Made by a program: the position numbers and the translations under genes
Source: Octopus bimaculoides
Taxonomy: Eukaryota
Assembly: GCF_001194135.2 (NCBI RefSeq)
Contig: NC_068984.1
Span: forward strand, 39,564,589-39,628,588
Length of the DNA: 64,000 nucleotides
Direction: 5' to 3'
The notes under the pieces: model-generated
Seen by the model: only the letters and a program-made list of their open reading frames with translations
Told to the model about the DNA's origin: nothing
Databases searched by the model: none
In this document: piece after piece, positions 24,596 through 38,640 of the stretch
Numbering within the stretch: the first letter of the stretch is position 1
Layout of the letters: the number at the start of each line of letters is the position of its first letter

Positions 24596-27143
24596 GATGG
24601 AGTGCAAACAAAAAATCATACAGAGAGGCTCCCTCGTTCCGAAGCGTTTGTTATTCGAATTAGTTCAATATTTCGCCAACTTTCTCAAAGAAAGAACATT
24701 GAGCGAATGCAAATGTCCTCCATCGGAAATAATCATATTCAATTGCTACTTGATGTTTTCTCAAAGATTTGTCTCGGTAATGCATACCTTGTCCAATGCT
24801 CACTGATTATCGGAAAAGACATTTAATGATGTTTCATATTACAGTCATTCTTAAGGCACCATAGCCCATTCGAGTAGAGTTATTGCTTGCAGAAATATCC
24901 AGATGTAAGTGGTTTATCTGGAATTTGTTGTTAAGTTGTTGGTTGCCATTCGTAAGATGTGCATACAAAGAAAAAGAGTTGCTGAGAGTCTATATGAGAG
25001 TCTTATATACGTGAAAAAGTTTGTAGACAATGCAGGGTCTGTACGTCGGGACGAGACGAAAAGCGTGTGTGTGCCGAAAAGGTTGCATGTGCGGGCTTGC
25101 GTATTTTCTTCCACTTAAATTGGGGTTCCATGGTCAGCGAATTCTTTGTGTGTCGGCAGGGTTGCATTGTAGGGAAGTTAATCGCAGTTTGCATCACTGT
25201 ATAGTGCTTTCTGTTGCGCGCACTGTAACAAGTGGAACGAGGGTGCATCTTGGTGGTGACAAAGGTTGTCATTCTTTTCCTTTGATTTAGCGACTGCTGA
25301 TATGAAGATTGTAGTTCTTTAGTTCGAAGTCAGCAAAATGCAGCGGCATGTAGCATTAGAAAGTAGCAATTGTTTTTATATGAGGTCACCAGTGTAATCG
25401 ATGCCTGTTATGGTAGTTGTAACGATATGTAACGGCTCTTGTCGCATCAGAAGGGAGTAGTTCGTTTTTCGTCGGGGTTACCAATGTAACGGTAATGCAG
25501 TTCCTTGTTGCAGATGTACAAGATGAAAGAAGAACAGTGATCGAAGTTGTAAAGAAATATTTATTTACCGTTACTTTAATATATGCTATACCACGACGGG
25601 TAGGCTAGTGTAATAGTATAATACAGTTCGTAAAGCATGCAAGGTAACGAAAGTTAATTTCGGCCTGTATATGTGTGTACACGATATCACAGTAGTATAT
25701 ATAGAGAGATATGGTAATGTTACAGAGAAAAGAAAGTGAGAGTGGTGGGACGAAACAACTGCTTCGTTGGTACATTACCATAGTTGTCCCTTTGTGCCTT
25801 TTCTTTCAGAGACGGCGTTTTGTTCAGCCGGTCAGCCAGACTCGGTTCTCACTAATCAATTTCTTTATTGCCAATACATGGCTCACATAGGGGGACAGCA
25901 CAAGGACAAAACAAAAACATTTAGGGACTGGGGTTATACATAGTTCGTATAAAAAGTCAAATATAATGAAATCGAATGAATTTGAAGAATACAATGAAAT
26001 CGAAATGGATTAAATGAATTAAAAATTAAATGATAATATTTTTTTCCGGGTTTGTGTTCGACCCGCATTTTTTTCCTTTTAGTTTTTGCTTCCGTTTTTT
26101 TATCTTCTTTTCCGTTCAGACCGGTCACACTAGCGCGGCCCCTTTCACTCTCAACTTCCTTACAACATTTGTCCATCTTTTCTCAAACGTTCTTTGAAGC
26201 AGGCACCTCTTCTCCAGACTGAGCTTCCTGGACAGGTGGTAGTTTAAAAAAAACTAACCAATCTGTGTCTGGAGATGGCTTACGGAGTTCTTGTTTTCAT
26301 AACTATCCAGAACTAGTCAGAAGGAGAAACATATTGTTGGGAACAATGAATTTTGTTGGCGGTCTGTTATCTCTAGTCTAGCTTTTGGTGGCCTAGAAGA
26401 GGTTAGAAGGGTCAAGTGGTAAAGACATCATTCTGCGTAGCGAAGGCATCTGGAAAATGTAACCGCTGTCTCTCACAGAAAAACTATAGTTTTACCGTGA
26501 GAAAAGTGCTGTTGAACTGTTAAGTGAAATTTGGCGATCGAGGATCGAATCCATGCTATGCTTGCATGAAGCTACTACAGAGATATTCAACCAGGAACCG
26601 TTTGAATGTTATAAAATTTTTTCGTTCTCTTAAGTATCTTGGCAGGGCCAAGTTCTGTCTTAGTGTTGCGATGTGAGGCGAACATGAATTTTGTGGAGGA
26701 CGGATGGTGTGGGGACCATGCCTTGGGTGAATTTAAAGTTGATGCCAACATCATTTGGGCTGTATCTCGAACCCTCTGGCGCTTTAAGCAGAGTAACCGG
26801 TAGGAGCTCCACTATTTCTACGCTGACTACTTTGAGACAGAAACCGTGGCTGATCTATTCTTCTCATTTCTCAAATAACCAACGTTCTAAAAACCCAAGT
26901 TACTTTCAATTTTACTCAAAGCGCGATTTCTATAAGATAACCTTCAAGTAGTGCACTCATTGCAGCAAAGCCTTCTTTGCGAAGAGGATGAGTACCAACA
27001 TTGAGGAATTTTTCTACTTACCATTTTTAAAACAGTATGATTCTATATGCAACAATTCTGTCGAAAAACTTCCACGTACGTATTTCAGATTAATTCTTCC
27101 CAATCTCTCTTATTACGCTCTGTGTGTGTGTACGTGTGTCTCG

Positions 27144-27518
27144 GCACTTCTTCGGTTGCGACGACGAGGGTTCCAGTTGATCTGATCAACGGAACAGCCT
27201 GCTCGTGAAATTAACGTGCAAGTGGCTGAGCGTTCCACAGACACGTGTACCCTTAATGTAATTCTCAGGGAGATTCAGCGTGACACAGAGTGTGACAAGG
27301 CTGGCCCTTTGAAATACAGGTACAACAGAAACAAGAAGAAGAAGTGATAGAAAGTTGTGGTGAAAGAGTACAGCAGGGTTCGCCACCACCCCTTGCCGGG
27401 GCCAAGTGGAGTTTAGGTGTTTTCGTTCAATAAACACTCACAATGCCCGGTCTGGGAATCGAAACCGTGATCCTACGACCGCAGGTCCGCTGCCCTAGCC
27501 ACTGGGTCATTGCGCCTC

Positions 27519-27519
<1 letters not shown>
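27144..27519 (-). mobile_element. SINE family D, inverted relative to 24256
   Basis: Reverse-complement match to 24256-24595, carrying extra bases that the first copy lacks. Confidence 0.9.
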
Positions 27520-27559
<40 letters not shown>

Positions 27560-27599
27560 ACACACACACACATCGTTCAGTTACGTTTCTCACACACTT

Positions 27600-28585
27600 C
27601 TTATTACTTACAGTTACTTCTAAGGAATACTAAAACATTGTAAAAACCTTCTTGAAATGGTGCAGCCAGAACGGGTAATTGTTCTTGGATCAGTGGTATA
27701 GTCAAATTCTACTTCAAAAGGCTTTTGTCAAGGAAAGTTAAGAAAACAACGAAGTGAAACCAGGTTAAAATTGTAGCAATAGTGGATCACTACATCCTCT
27801 TTTGCGGAACTGAAAAGCAGGGGTTGAACTGGAGAGAGCCAGAAAAAGAGCCCAAAGTCGAAAACAGTGGCGTAAAGCCGTTGATGTGTTTCTTTTTGCT
27901 TGTTTTCTTCTTTTTTTTTACAGCGAGTAAAACAGTCACTTTTCTTGAAATCAAGATGGTGTAACCACTCATCTAAGTGACTGAATTCAATTCCATTGTC
28001 TGGTATTACTGTCAATGGAACTCCCAAACTAAAGAGATAGGAAATAGGCATTTTTCATACATTTCCGAACGCCTTCTGTGCGTCAATCCAAGTAGTGATT
28101 GAATGAATTATTTCTAGCATTTTGCAAATTTCAGAAGCAATCTTTCTCATAGTTGTGACTTCCATCACTTATCAGTACAAGGGCTGCCTTTAAATTTGAT
28201 TTTAGCACAAGTTACCAGATTCGACAGATGTTTCAGTGTCTCTACCAACAGTGGGCATTCAAACTCAAGTCCTTTCTTTCTTCAGTCTTTATTGTACACT
28301 CATGTGTTATGAACTGTGGAAAGGACTTTTTCACAAGTTTCAGGAATAAATAGTTTGTTTTTATTAAAGATTTTCTACAGTTACTTCTGGTGGATACCAG
28401 GTAAATTGTTGTTCTAGAAGAGTTAGTCGAGACCAATCTTTTCCAATCGATGCAGTTCTTTGACAAACGTAAAGGATATAAGTGTTTAAATGATTTGAAA
28501 TAAATTCAACTTAACATCAGCAAAATTTAATCCATAATTACTTATGTCAGCTAGAGATGTTCCAGTTAAGATTATTTAGAATGAT
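27600..28585 (-). mobile_element. Degenerate Ty3/Gypsy integrase region
   Basis: LFSLGVPLTVIPDNGIEF (SDNGxxF motif), CKMLEIIHSITT and MPTVGRDTETSVESGNLC (H2C2-like); possible PBS tggcg near 28575. The element may extend left toward about 25430. Confidence 0.65.
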
Positions 28586-29699
28586 GGTCACATCTCGATC
28601 ACGCCATCTTGTAGTAACGTTTCTAACAGATCAACTTCATTGATTCTCATGCTACTACTGTTGTTAATAGTCAAATCTCCAATTTCTCCCTCACTGCCAA
28701 CACTGTTAAAATCATGTTAACCTTCAGAGCAATTTAAAGTAGAGGAACTACATAAATCTCAAAGGGAATTCAGAAAATACAAAGATATCATGACATATAT
28801 GATTTATCGTTTGTGGTTAGAGTAATTTCATATTTATAGTATTTATTGCTTCTTTTCTTCTCTATTCTACCGTTATTATATACGCATGCTCAGCATACGA
28901 TGCTTGCCATTGAAGAAGTTTTAGGTGCAGCTTAGTTAAAGTTGGTATTACGCAGTAATAATAGAGGTCTGAGGATTTGAAGTTACTCCTGATATTGGGT
29001 TACCAGCTTTATTTTTATTCTTCAGTTTGCTCAGCGAAATGAATTACATTTTGCTCAGCGAAATGAATAACATTCCATTGGGAACTTATTATAAACACTT
29101 GCTGTTCGATGGTCACTTTGAAGAGACGAAATGGCTGAGCGGATAAGACAGAAAAGTCTCGTCAAAGATCCCGATGTTCAAATCTATTTAAAGGTCACTT
29201 GATGTTTTTAAGTTGTTATTGTCTTGTTGTTGCTTCTGCTACTGCTGCTACTTAAACTCAGGTTAACGCTAACCAAGGAGACCTGTGACCAAATTATTCT
29301 AGCCGTGACCACCTCGCCCTTTTAGCAGGTGACTTGAACTACATTATCCAATGTCCTTTTCTTATTTAAGGCGGTATAGAGCAACAAGAGGGAAATTTGG
29401 CAGCTATTTCTAGCAAATCAAGCAACCGCACAGGACCTCGCAAGTTGGCTGTGACGTAATTAACTACCGGAAGTTGGTATTAAATCGACAACAGACTACA
29501 TTCCTCTTTATTGACTACTTAATGCCACTAAACCGGAACGAAGCATTGATTTTTAGCATCAACCTATGCAATGTATTTTGAAACAGGTACAACATACACT
29601 TTCCGGAGCCTTTGGTTCTGCAGCCTTTCCAGATTGCTGATTTTGTCTAAAGTAGTGGTGGTCATGTTGATCAACACTCTCTAAATTAAACAAATATTA

Positions 29700-29913
29700 G
29701 TTTCAAATTTTGGCACAAGGCCAGCAATTTCGAGGAAAGCGGAAAGTCGTTTACAACGACCCCAGTACTCAGCTGGGACTTATTCTATTGACCATGAAAG
29801 GACGAAAAACAATGTCAACCACGGCGGAATTTGAACTCAGAACGTAAAGACGGATGAAATACCGCTAAGCATTTTGCCCGACGTGCTAACGATTCTACCA
29901 GCTCTCTGCCTTG
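29700..29913 (-). mobile_element. SINE family B with 16-bp TSD
   Basis: Perfect TSD aattaaacaaatatta at 29684-29699 and 29914-29929. Confidence 0.92.
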
Positions 29914-30179
29914 AATTAAACAAATATTAAATTTACTTCAATAATTTAATGAAATACAGGTACCTGTACATTTGTACAGTTTATTAATACTGTACTGTGC
30001 ACAGTACTAGTCTGTGCAAGGTACTAGAAATTTGAAGCTCCTGCTCGTAAATTAATACGGATTATAAGAAGTTCCGAACCATTAGTATCCGGAAAATCGG
30101 TGTTGTGTCTATATTCAGTTTAGTTAGATTAGCAGAAATAGTGGAACGAAGGACAAAATATTGTATAGCAGTTAGTTGT

Positions 30180-30560
30180 TTTTATTTTTAGTTCTGTTAT
30201 ACTTGTTTCCGTCATTGAACTGCAGCCATGCTGGGGCACCGCCTTGAAGGGTTTTAATAGAAATGATCAACGCCACAACTTATTTTTAAGTCTAGTACTT
30301 ATTCGTTCGGTCTCTTCTGCCAAACTACCACGTTACGTGAACGTAAACAAACCAACGTTGACTGTCAAGCGGTGGGCGGCTACAAACACAGACACAAGCA
30401 CACACAAACACACACACACACACACACACACATGACGGGCTTCCACACAATTTCCATCTACCATTGGTCGACTCGGGGCTATGACAGAGGACACTTGCTC
30501 CAGGTACCACGCAGTGAGACAGAACCCTAAACTGCGTTGTTGCAAAGCGAGCGTCTAAAC
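30180..30560 (-). mobile_element. SINE family A
   Basis: Both halves are present with a central (CA)n tract. Confidence 0.8.
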
Positions 30561-30596
30561 CAGACAATTATGGCCTGCACCATATAGCTATGGTTG

Positions 30597-30756
30597 CACT
30601 AGCGTAGCTAGAGTGTGTGCCGCCCGGGGCGGCCCTTCTGTTTGCTGCCCTCGGACTCCACAAAAACCACATATTGCCATCAGCAACAGCCTACAACAGG
30701 ATGATAAAGTGCCGCCAGGGGCGGACCGCCCCTATCTCCACCCCGTTATGCTAGAG
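30597..30756. mobile_element. hAT-type MITE
   Basis: Degenerate termini cactagcgtagctag...gttatgctagag; 8-bp TSD tatggttg/catggttg (7 of 8). Confidence 0.6.
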
Positions 30757-31385
30757 CATGGTTGTCCCTATTTTAGTTCAAATCTCACCGAGGTAATCTT
30801 CCCCAAAAATGTGTGGTGTTGCGCTTTGTGTCAGAAATAAGTATTCACTTTAGATAAAGTAAAATATTTATATTTCATAGTAATAAATACGTTTTGGGAT
30901 TCTAAATGTATTCCAATTTAGATCATGAAGCTAAAAGCCAAATAATCTTTCTAATCGGCGATTTATTTGACAATGGGATTGAAGTTAACGAGATACACTG
31001 TATAATCCCAAAGGAAATTCAGAAACCACAAAGTTATAATGATAAAAATGATTTATCTTTTCTCATTGGAGTAATTTCATATTGCTTATTTTGATTTCTG
31101 TTCTACCTTTAGTATATCCGCATGCGCAGCAAACAATTACCTTTCATCTGAGCATTAAAACCATGTCAGTCACAACATACTTCTCACTTATGTCATAACT
31201 TCTGCAATTGAATTCAATCCATCTTCACACAAATGGTTTCTGTAACTTTTCTGTTTAACTTCTGTTTGGGAAATGATAAAAAGATATATCTCAATTCATT
31301 ATTTTTGACAAGGCAATATTTTCCTTGGATTGACAGAAGTGTTAGAGCATCGAACAAGATATTATGTAACATTTAATAACAGCTT

Positions 31386-31750
31386 AAAGCGGCAAGCCGG
31401 TTGAATCGTTTGCGAGTCAGACAAAATGTTTAGTGACATTCCTTCCGATTCTTTACGTTCTGGGTTCAGATTCCGCCGTGGTCGACATTGCCTTTCATCC
31501 TTTCGAGGTCGATAAAATAAGTACCAGTTGAACGCTGGTGCAGGACCGTCTTAGCGGCATTATAGACTCCTAGGTAAATCAATGCACTAGAGCCTATAGT
31601 ATTCATATATTGACTGCAAGCCACGGCATATAGAGATCAGAATTGGGCCCTTGTATTCATGCCTTAAGTCGGCGCTGCACTGGGGTCAATATAATCGAGT
31701 TACCCTTCCCTTAAAATTGCTAGCATTGTGCCAAAATATGAGACCAGTAT
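31386..31750 (+). mobile_element. SINE family B interrupted by a MITE
   Basis: Head gcggcaagccgg...gggttcagattcc; the body resumes after 31677. Confidence 0.75.
31541..31677. mobile_element. hAT-type MITE nested in a SINE
   Basis: TIRs caggaccgtctta / taagtcggcgctg (10 of 13); 8-bp TSD cgctggtg/cactgggg (6 of 8). Confidence 0.6.
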
Positions 31751-32169
31751 TTAACAGCAGTCATTTCCGTTTTGAATTTGTATGTGATAGAGGTCAACTT
31801 TCACATTCATCTTTCCACAGCCGCTTAAATAAAGCCTCTGTCTAGTACTGGAATCAGTATAACCGATCATACTCTTCCCCTAAATTTCAGGCCTTGTACT
31901 TGTATAAGAAATTTAGGAAAATAAAGCAGCATTGAGCTATGGGGAAATATATATAAAACTTACGTTATTTTTTCTCTCCCTCTCACCCTTCCTCCCTCCC
32001 TCTCTATCTCTATCTCTATCTCCTCCTACGATTCTAAAAAAAAAACTTTTGGATGTTTATTTTAGAAGTCTAAAACAGTAACGTTTTACTTTAACAAAAT
32101 TTTAAAACCTATATATTCAACAATTGAACTACAAAATAACTACAACTCATTCACACACTCTCTCCATCT

Positions 32170-32175
32170 ATCTCC

Positions 32176-32262
<87 letters not shown>
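32170..32262. repeat. (TC)n microsatellite
   Basis: Direct reading. Confidence 0.95.
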
Positions 32263-32267
<5 letters not shown>

Positions 32268-32684
32268 GGATGTTGATTCCATTGGACTTGGATACTAAGC
32301 TACAAAACAAGAATATTTTCTTTGATGTTTGGATGCTATACCTATGAGTCAAACTCCCGTTGTCACTTGATACACCTCATTTGCAGTTTTTTCGTTTTCG
32401 CACGTTGTTATTTTTGGGTTCTGGCAAAAACTTACAGAGCTACCTCCACCACTACAACGCACCCGTATACGTAGACAACTACAACCGCACTTAAGTGGAT
32501 TTAATTTCCATTTAACTATTTGGCAGCCTAATAACGCTATTTTCTACACAAACAGGTATTTTACCGGAGCACATAAATTGCTTTTCTTTCACAGTACATA
32601 ACATACCTGGAATCAGACATTCTGTCTGAATACAAATCAATATTCTCAGCATTATAAGATACACCACGCTATCTTCATTCACAT

Positions 32685-32722
<38 letters not shown>

Positions 32723-33043
32723 NNNNNNNNNNNNNNNNNNNNNNNNNNNNNNNNNNNNNNNNNNNNNNNNNNNNNNNNNNNNNNNNNNNNNNNNNNNNNN
32801 NNNNNNNNNNNNNNNNNNNNNNNNNNNNNNNNNNNNNNNNNNNNNNNNNNNNNNNNNNNNNNNNNNNNNNNNNNNNNNNNNNNNNNNNNNNNNNNNNNNN
32901 NNNNNNNNNNNNNNNNNNNNNNNNNNNNNNNNNNNNNNNNNNNNNNNNNNNNNNNNTATATATATATATATATATATATATATCGTTTGTAGAAAAACAT
33001 AAATCCGGAGAAGAAGCACGCTCTAAGATGTAGAGCAATTAAT

Positions 33044-33195
33044 ATTGTAGTTGGGTAGGCCGGTTTATGGAGTTACCCTAGGTTTCTCGCTAAAGAGGTC
33101 TCAGGCCAACAGTGTTTGGGATCTGAAGGTACGCCGTAAGGCTAAACCCCTTATGAGCGAGAAACCTAGGGTTAACCAGCCAACCCCACTACAAT
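33044..33195. mobile_element. 152-bp foldback element (MITE-like hairpin)
   Basis: Imperfect terminal inverted repeats of about 45-50 bp with a perfect 17-bp core, 33075-33091 versus 33156-33172. Confidence 0.55.
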
Positions 33196-33535
33196 GTCAC
33201 AAAAATGTATGTATACTGACAGACACATACACCGTCACACACATATACGTGTCAGTCATCGGCGTAACGTAGGTAACGAACTCGCGACCACGCTCATATA
33301 GAAAATGTGACGTCATTGTCGTCGTCGTGGTGATATAAAATGTTTATGATAGGTGACTAAAAGAAAAATGACAATGTTAAATTTTTGTATTGCAAATATG
33401 TGAATTAAAATATAGTCTATTTGGTAGCCAAAAGCCTACTGAATCTTTTGATATCCCATACGTCAAAATCGGCAACTCGGTTTTGGAATGCATAAGGAAC
33501 ATACGTACACATACACACACACATGCAAACTCTCT

Positions 33536-33589
<54 letters not shown>

Positions 33590-34469
33590 CATACATATAT
33601 ATATANNNNNNNNNNNNNNNNNNNNNNNNNNNNNNNNNNNNNNNNNNNNNNNNNNNNNNNNNNNNNNNNNNNNNNNNNNNNNNNNNNNNNNNNNNNNNNN
33701 NNNNNNNNNNNNNNNNNNNNNNNNNNNNNNNNNNNNNNNNNNNNNNNNNNNNNNNNNNNNNNNNNNNNNNNNNNNNNNNNNNNNNNNNNNNNNNNNNNNN
33801 NNNNNNNNNNNNNNNNNNNNNNNNNNNNNNNNNNNNNNNNNNNNNNNNNNNNNNNNNNNNNNNNNNNNNNNNNNNNNNNNNNNNNNNNNNNNNNNNNNNN
33901 NNNNNNNNNNNNNNNNNNNNNNNNNNNNNNNNNNNNNNNNNNNNNNNNNNNNNNNNNNNNNNNNNNNNNNNNNNNNNNNNNNNNNNNNNNNNNNNNNNNN
34001 NNNNNNNNNNNNNNNNNNNNNNNNNNNNNNNNNNNNNNNNNNNNNNNNNNNNNNNNNNNNNNNNNNNNNNNNNNNNNNNNNNNNNNNNNNNNNNNNNNNN
34101 NNNNNNNNNNNNNNNNNNNNNNNNNNNNNNNNNNNNNNNNNNNNNNNNNNNNNNNNNNNNNNNNNNNNNNNNNNNNNNNNNNNNNNNNNNNNNNNNNNNN
34201 NNNNNNNNNNNNNNNNNNNNNNNNNNNNNNNNNNNNNNNNNNNNNNNNNNNNNNNNNNNNNNNNNNNNNNNNNNNNNNNNNNNNNNNNNNNNNNNNNNNN
34301 NNNNNNNNNNNNNNNNNNNNNNNNNNNNNNNNNNNNNNNNNNNNNNNNNNNNNNNNNNNNNNNNNNNNNNNNNNNNNNNNNNNNNNNNNNNNNNNNNNNN
34401 NNNNNNNNNNNNNNNNNNNNNNNNNNNNNNNNNNNNNNNNNNNNNNNNNNNNNNAATATGTAACACACT

Positions 34470-34730
34470 GTCTAAATACTAATCTTGAGAAATTAGGCTT
34501 CTCAAAACCAGAAAGGAGAAAGCTAATTTGAAGACTACAGATCCAATCCATCACAGGAACTGTAAAAATCTGTAAAACTTTCCAGAAGTTTATCATTTAA
34601 ATATATATATGAGCATGTCTAGATATGCAACTATATGTATGAGAATACATATATAAAGCAAAACATACAAATCTACACGTATACATACATACATACATAC
34701 ATACATACATACATACATACATACATACAT

Positions 34731-34765
<35 letters not shown>

Positions 34766-34766
34766 T

Positions 34767-34801
<35 letters not shown>

Positions 34802-35370
34802 TACCCAGTTGTTGGCCATACATACATCAACTGGAAATCTCCACAGAAATAGTAATATCAACAGGCTCTACCTAAGAAGAGACGAAGGAAACAGAAGCTT
34901 GAGATCAGTGCAGATAGCCTTCGAATGTCGTATAATCTCTCTCAGAAGGCACTTGTTAAACAACAGCAGCAAAAATAAATACTTTAACTTTGTGCTGAAA
35001 AGTGAAAAGAACTGAAGGCAGTTGTCAAAGCAGCCACTACAGCTGTTCAGGTCAGAAAACACAACGCCAAGAAGAAAACAATTTCTTTTCTCACAGCCGA
35101 AGGAAAGCTCTTTCCTCAACCATAAACAAGACCAGGTCTACTTCCAACAGTTGAGAATAGATCTTGGAAAACAAGTAAAGTTCCCTGCTCACCTCATACA
35201 AATAACACACCTTTTAGATATGATCTTTTCAGATTCCACCTAGCAAGAGATTTAGTAGAAAGTCAGTGTACCCTGGCAAGAACACTTGAAAGTGGTTCAA
35301 CGAAATAAAGCTTGCCAAATACCAGTAGTAATGCAGAAGCCAAGGCTGGCAAGGTACACTGAGAGCCAAC
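34470..35370 (+). mobile_element. Degenerate R4/Dong-like (RLE-type) LINE fragment split by an (ATAC)n(AGAC)n tract
   Basis: GNLHRNSNINRLYLRRDEGNRSLRSVQIAFECRIISLRRHL matches the post-RT H..ADVDRLY..R.EGGRGL motif. Confidence 0.65.
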
Positions 35371-35499
35371 TAAAGTGAGCTATCAGAATTTCGTGGAACA
35401 CTCTATCTGCAAGTCTTGGTTGAGCTTGAACTCACGAGTGAGGTGAAAAGGTGAGGAATACTTTCTATCGCTGCGGTCACAGAGAAAGCCATTATGTGG

Positions 35500-36000
35500 T
35501 TGTCGATTAAGAGGATACAAATGTGACTTATTGTTATTGAAATGCATGTCGGTGATTGATCAACCCCTGCTGGGCCAAGTGGGCAACGAGATTTGGTGTT
35601 GAAAGATCCGAAACCCACTTGAACTTCAAGAACATCACTGACAGTGTATCCAAAAGTATCTGAGGTATGTATCTTGATATGCGAATCCTCCATCGAAACA
35701 GCTCACCTAGGAATTTCACCCGTCTGTTATTTCGTGGGTGACATGATACTTCTCAGTGTATCCATCAACTATTCAGTCCACAGCGGAAACTTTATCTTTT
35801 TCCTACGAGAATCTTAGAACTGCCATTCCTTCTATACTAACTGACAACAAAATCATTTTATCTAGTGTCTCTAATACCAGGGAAGGTCACAATACATTAT
35901 TTAGTTTGGGACACTTGTGTACAGCTGAAACGAACAGTAGTGGTTTACAGCTGGTGCAACAATATTCCGAGTTGGTACTTAATAGGCGTAAAGTTACCTG
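35500..36000 (-). mobile_element. Possible highly degenerate LTR-retrotransposon RT fragment
   Basis: LDKMILLSVSIEG..VLRF and VKFLGE weakly recall YxDDILV and V.FLGH. Confidence 0.3.
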
Positions 36001-36329
36001 GGCCCATCTCCGGTCGAAATAGAGCCATCTTATTGACTTTATTATAATACATAACTATGACATAGTGATCTCTGTAGTTTTGCGTGAGCTTACGGTTTGG
36101 GTAGAACACTACCGAGTCTGTTTCTCAATACGGGAGGTTCTCCTTTCAAATAATATTCCACCGTCCATTTTTCGCCATCGAACTCAGCACGGTTATCTGA
36201 CAACCCAATAACTGCATATGTGAAGAAATTTTAATTTATTTGAAAGAGACCATTCGAAATAACTAAAGAACTTTAATTCACCCCCCCCCCAAAAAAACCC
36301 TAACAAATGACATACAGAATAATTATCAT

Positions 36330-37420
<1,091 letters not shown>

Positions 37421-38089
37421 GCATGTGTTAAATTTTGCCCTTGAAGTATTTTGTGAGAGTTCAAGCTTGACTAACATTCATGTGAATATATTATTGATGA
37501 ACTTAACTTTTCGTTTTTATACGATATTCTCCAGGGGCCTAAAGATGGACTTGAACTAAAGTCTTATTTGAGAAATAAAGTAGCTGGGATAATATATATC
37601 GATAAAATCATTTTTGGCATAGTGGAACACAGTAGTTGAATGATTAACAACTATATTTAAGCAGATATAGACTGAATACAACAGCTCTAGAGAACTGGCA
37701 ATGTGCAATCATCAATATAGATGAAATAATGAAATACAAATAAGTGTGGTATATATAAAGGAATATTGTTACTTAATCACAGGAGAAAATTTCACACCAA
37801 AATATTGAAACGGCGCAAAATATACAAAGTAGAATCACTGTTTGGAAACATTCGTAGAGGGAATGAAAAGATGGTATACAGGTGATAGGGATGAAACAGC
37901 CCTCAAGAAACAATTGAATTACGTCTTTGTTGATCACAACAAAGCTATTTATCTGCATTATCACAGATACGTTCGGTTTTCAAGTTCAAACATTTCCAGG
38001 ACTCTTGTTATAAATAGTTTCAATGCAGTGCACACGCCTCATAATAAATATGCTCAAAATAGTCTAGTGGTATAATTATGAATCCAGGT

Positions 38090-38640
38090 AAAGAAAAGTC
38101 ACGGAAAAATAGTCACAGGAAAAAAAGAAACAGGAAAAAAATCACAGGAAAAATGTCACAGGAAAAGAGAAACAGGAAAAAAACAGGACAACGTTAGCCC
38201 TGTTTTTGCGTCTTTCTTTAATAGAAAGGTTAATTGTCGAATTCTTGCTTTTTTTAAAGTTAATATGTCAATCAGTCTCTGTAAAGGAATATGCAGAACT
38301 GATGGTAAATTGATGAGTTACGAACTCTGCACAACCAACGGCCTACTCCTTTTGTACTACGTTTGCTAAAAGATCTAGATGAACTTCCTCCTGACTGTAC
38401 TATGACAGTTGGCCCTAATCCCAAGGAGTTTTTACTCTATGATAACGGACCAAATACAAACAACCGCATTCTAGTGTTTGGTACCAGTGATGGCCTCAGA
38501 CTCCTTGCTGGTGCTGATACTCTATGAAAGGTGGACGACAAGGTTACATTTAGTCTGAAAATGTTTTTCGTGATATTTTCTTTAGCAAAGAACCAGATTA
38601 ACCTAGTAGCGAGAGATAATTTCAAAGACCCGTGCTAAAT
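38090..38640 (+). mobile_element. MULE (Mutator-like) transposase relic with subterminal (t)cacaggaaaaaa repeats
   Basis: KEFLLYDNGPNTNNRILVFGTSDGLRLLAGADT matches the MULE FLLYDSG...RILIF.T...L..L motif; 13-17-bp repeats at 38095-38190. Confidence 0.75.

Noticed and set aside
25418-25790. Candidate 3' LTR (tgtaac...gttaca) pairing with a 5' LTR near 28583
   Set aside because: The two ends do not share recognisable sequence, so an LTR pair cannot be supported.
38095-38190. Short regularly spaced repeats superficially like a CRISPR array
   Set aside because: Eukaryotic context, no unique spacers, and typical MULE subterminal repeats.
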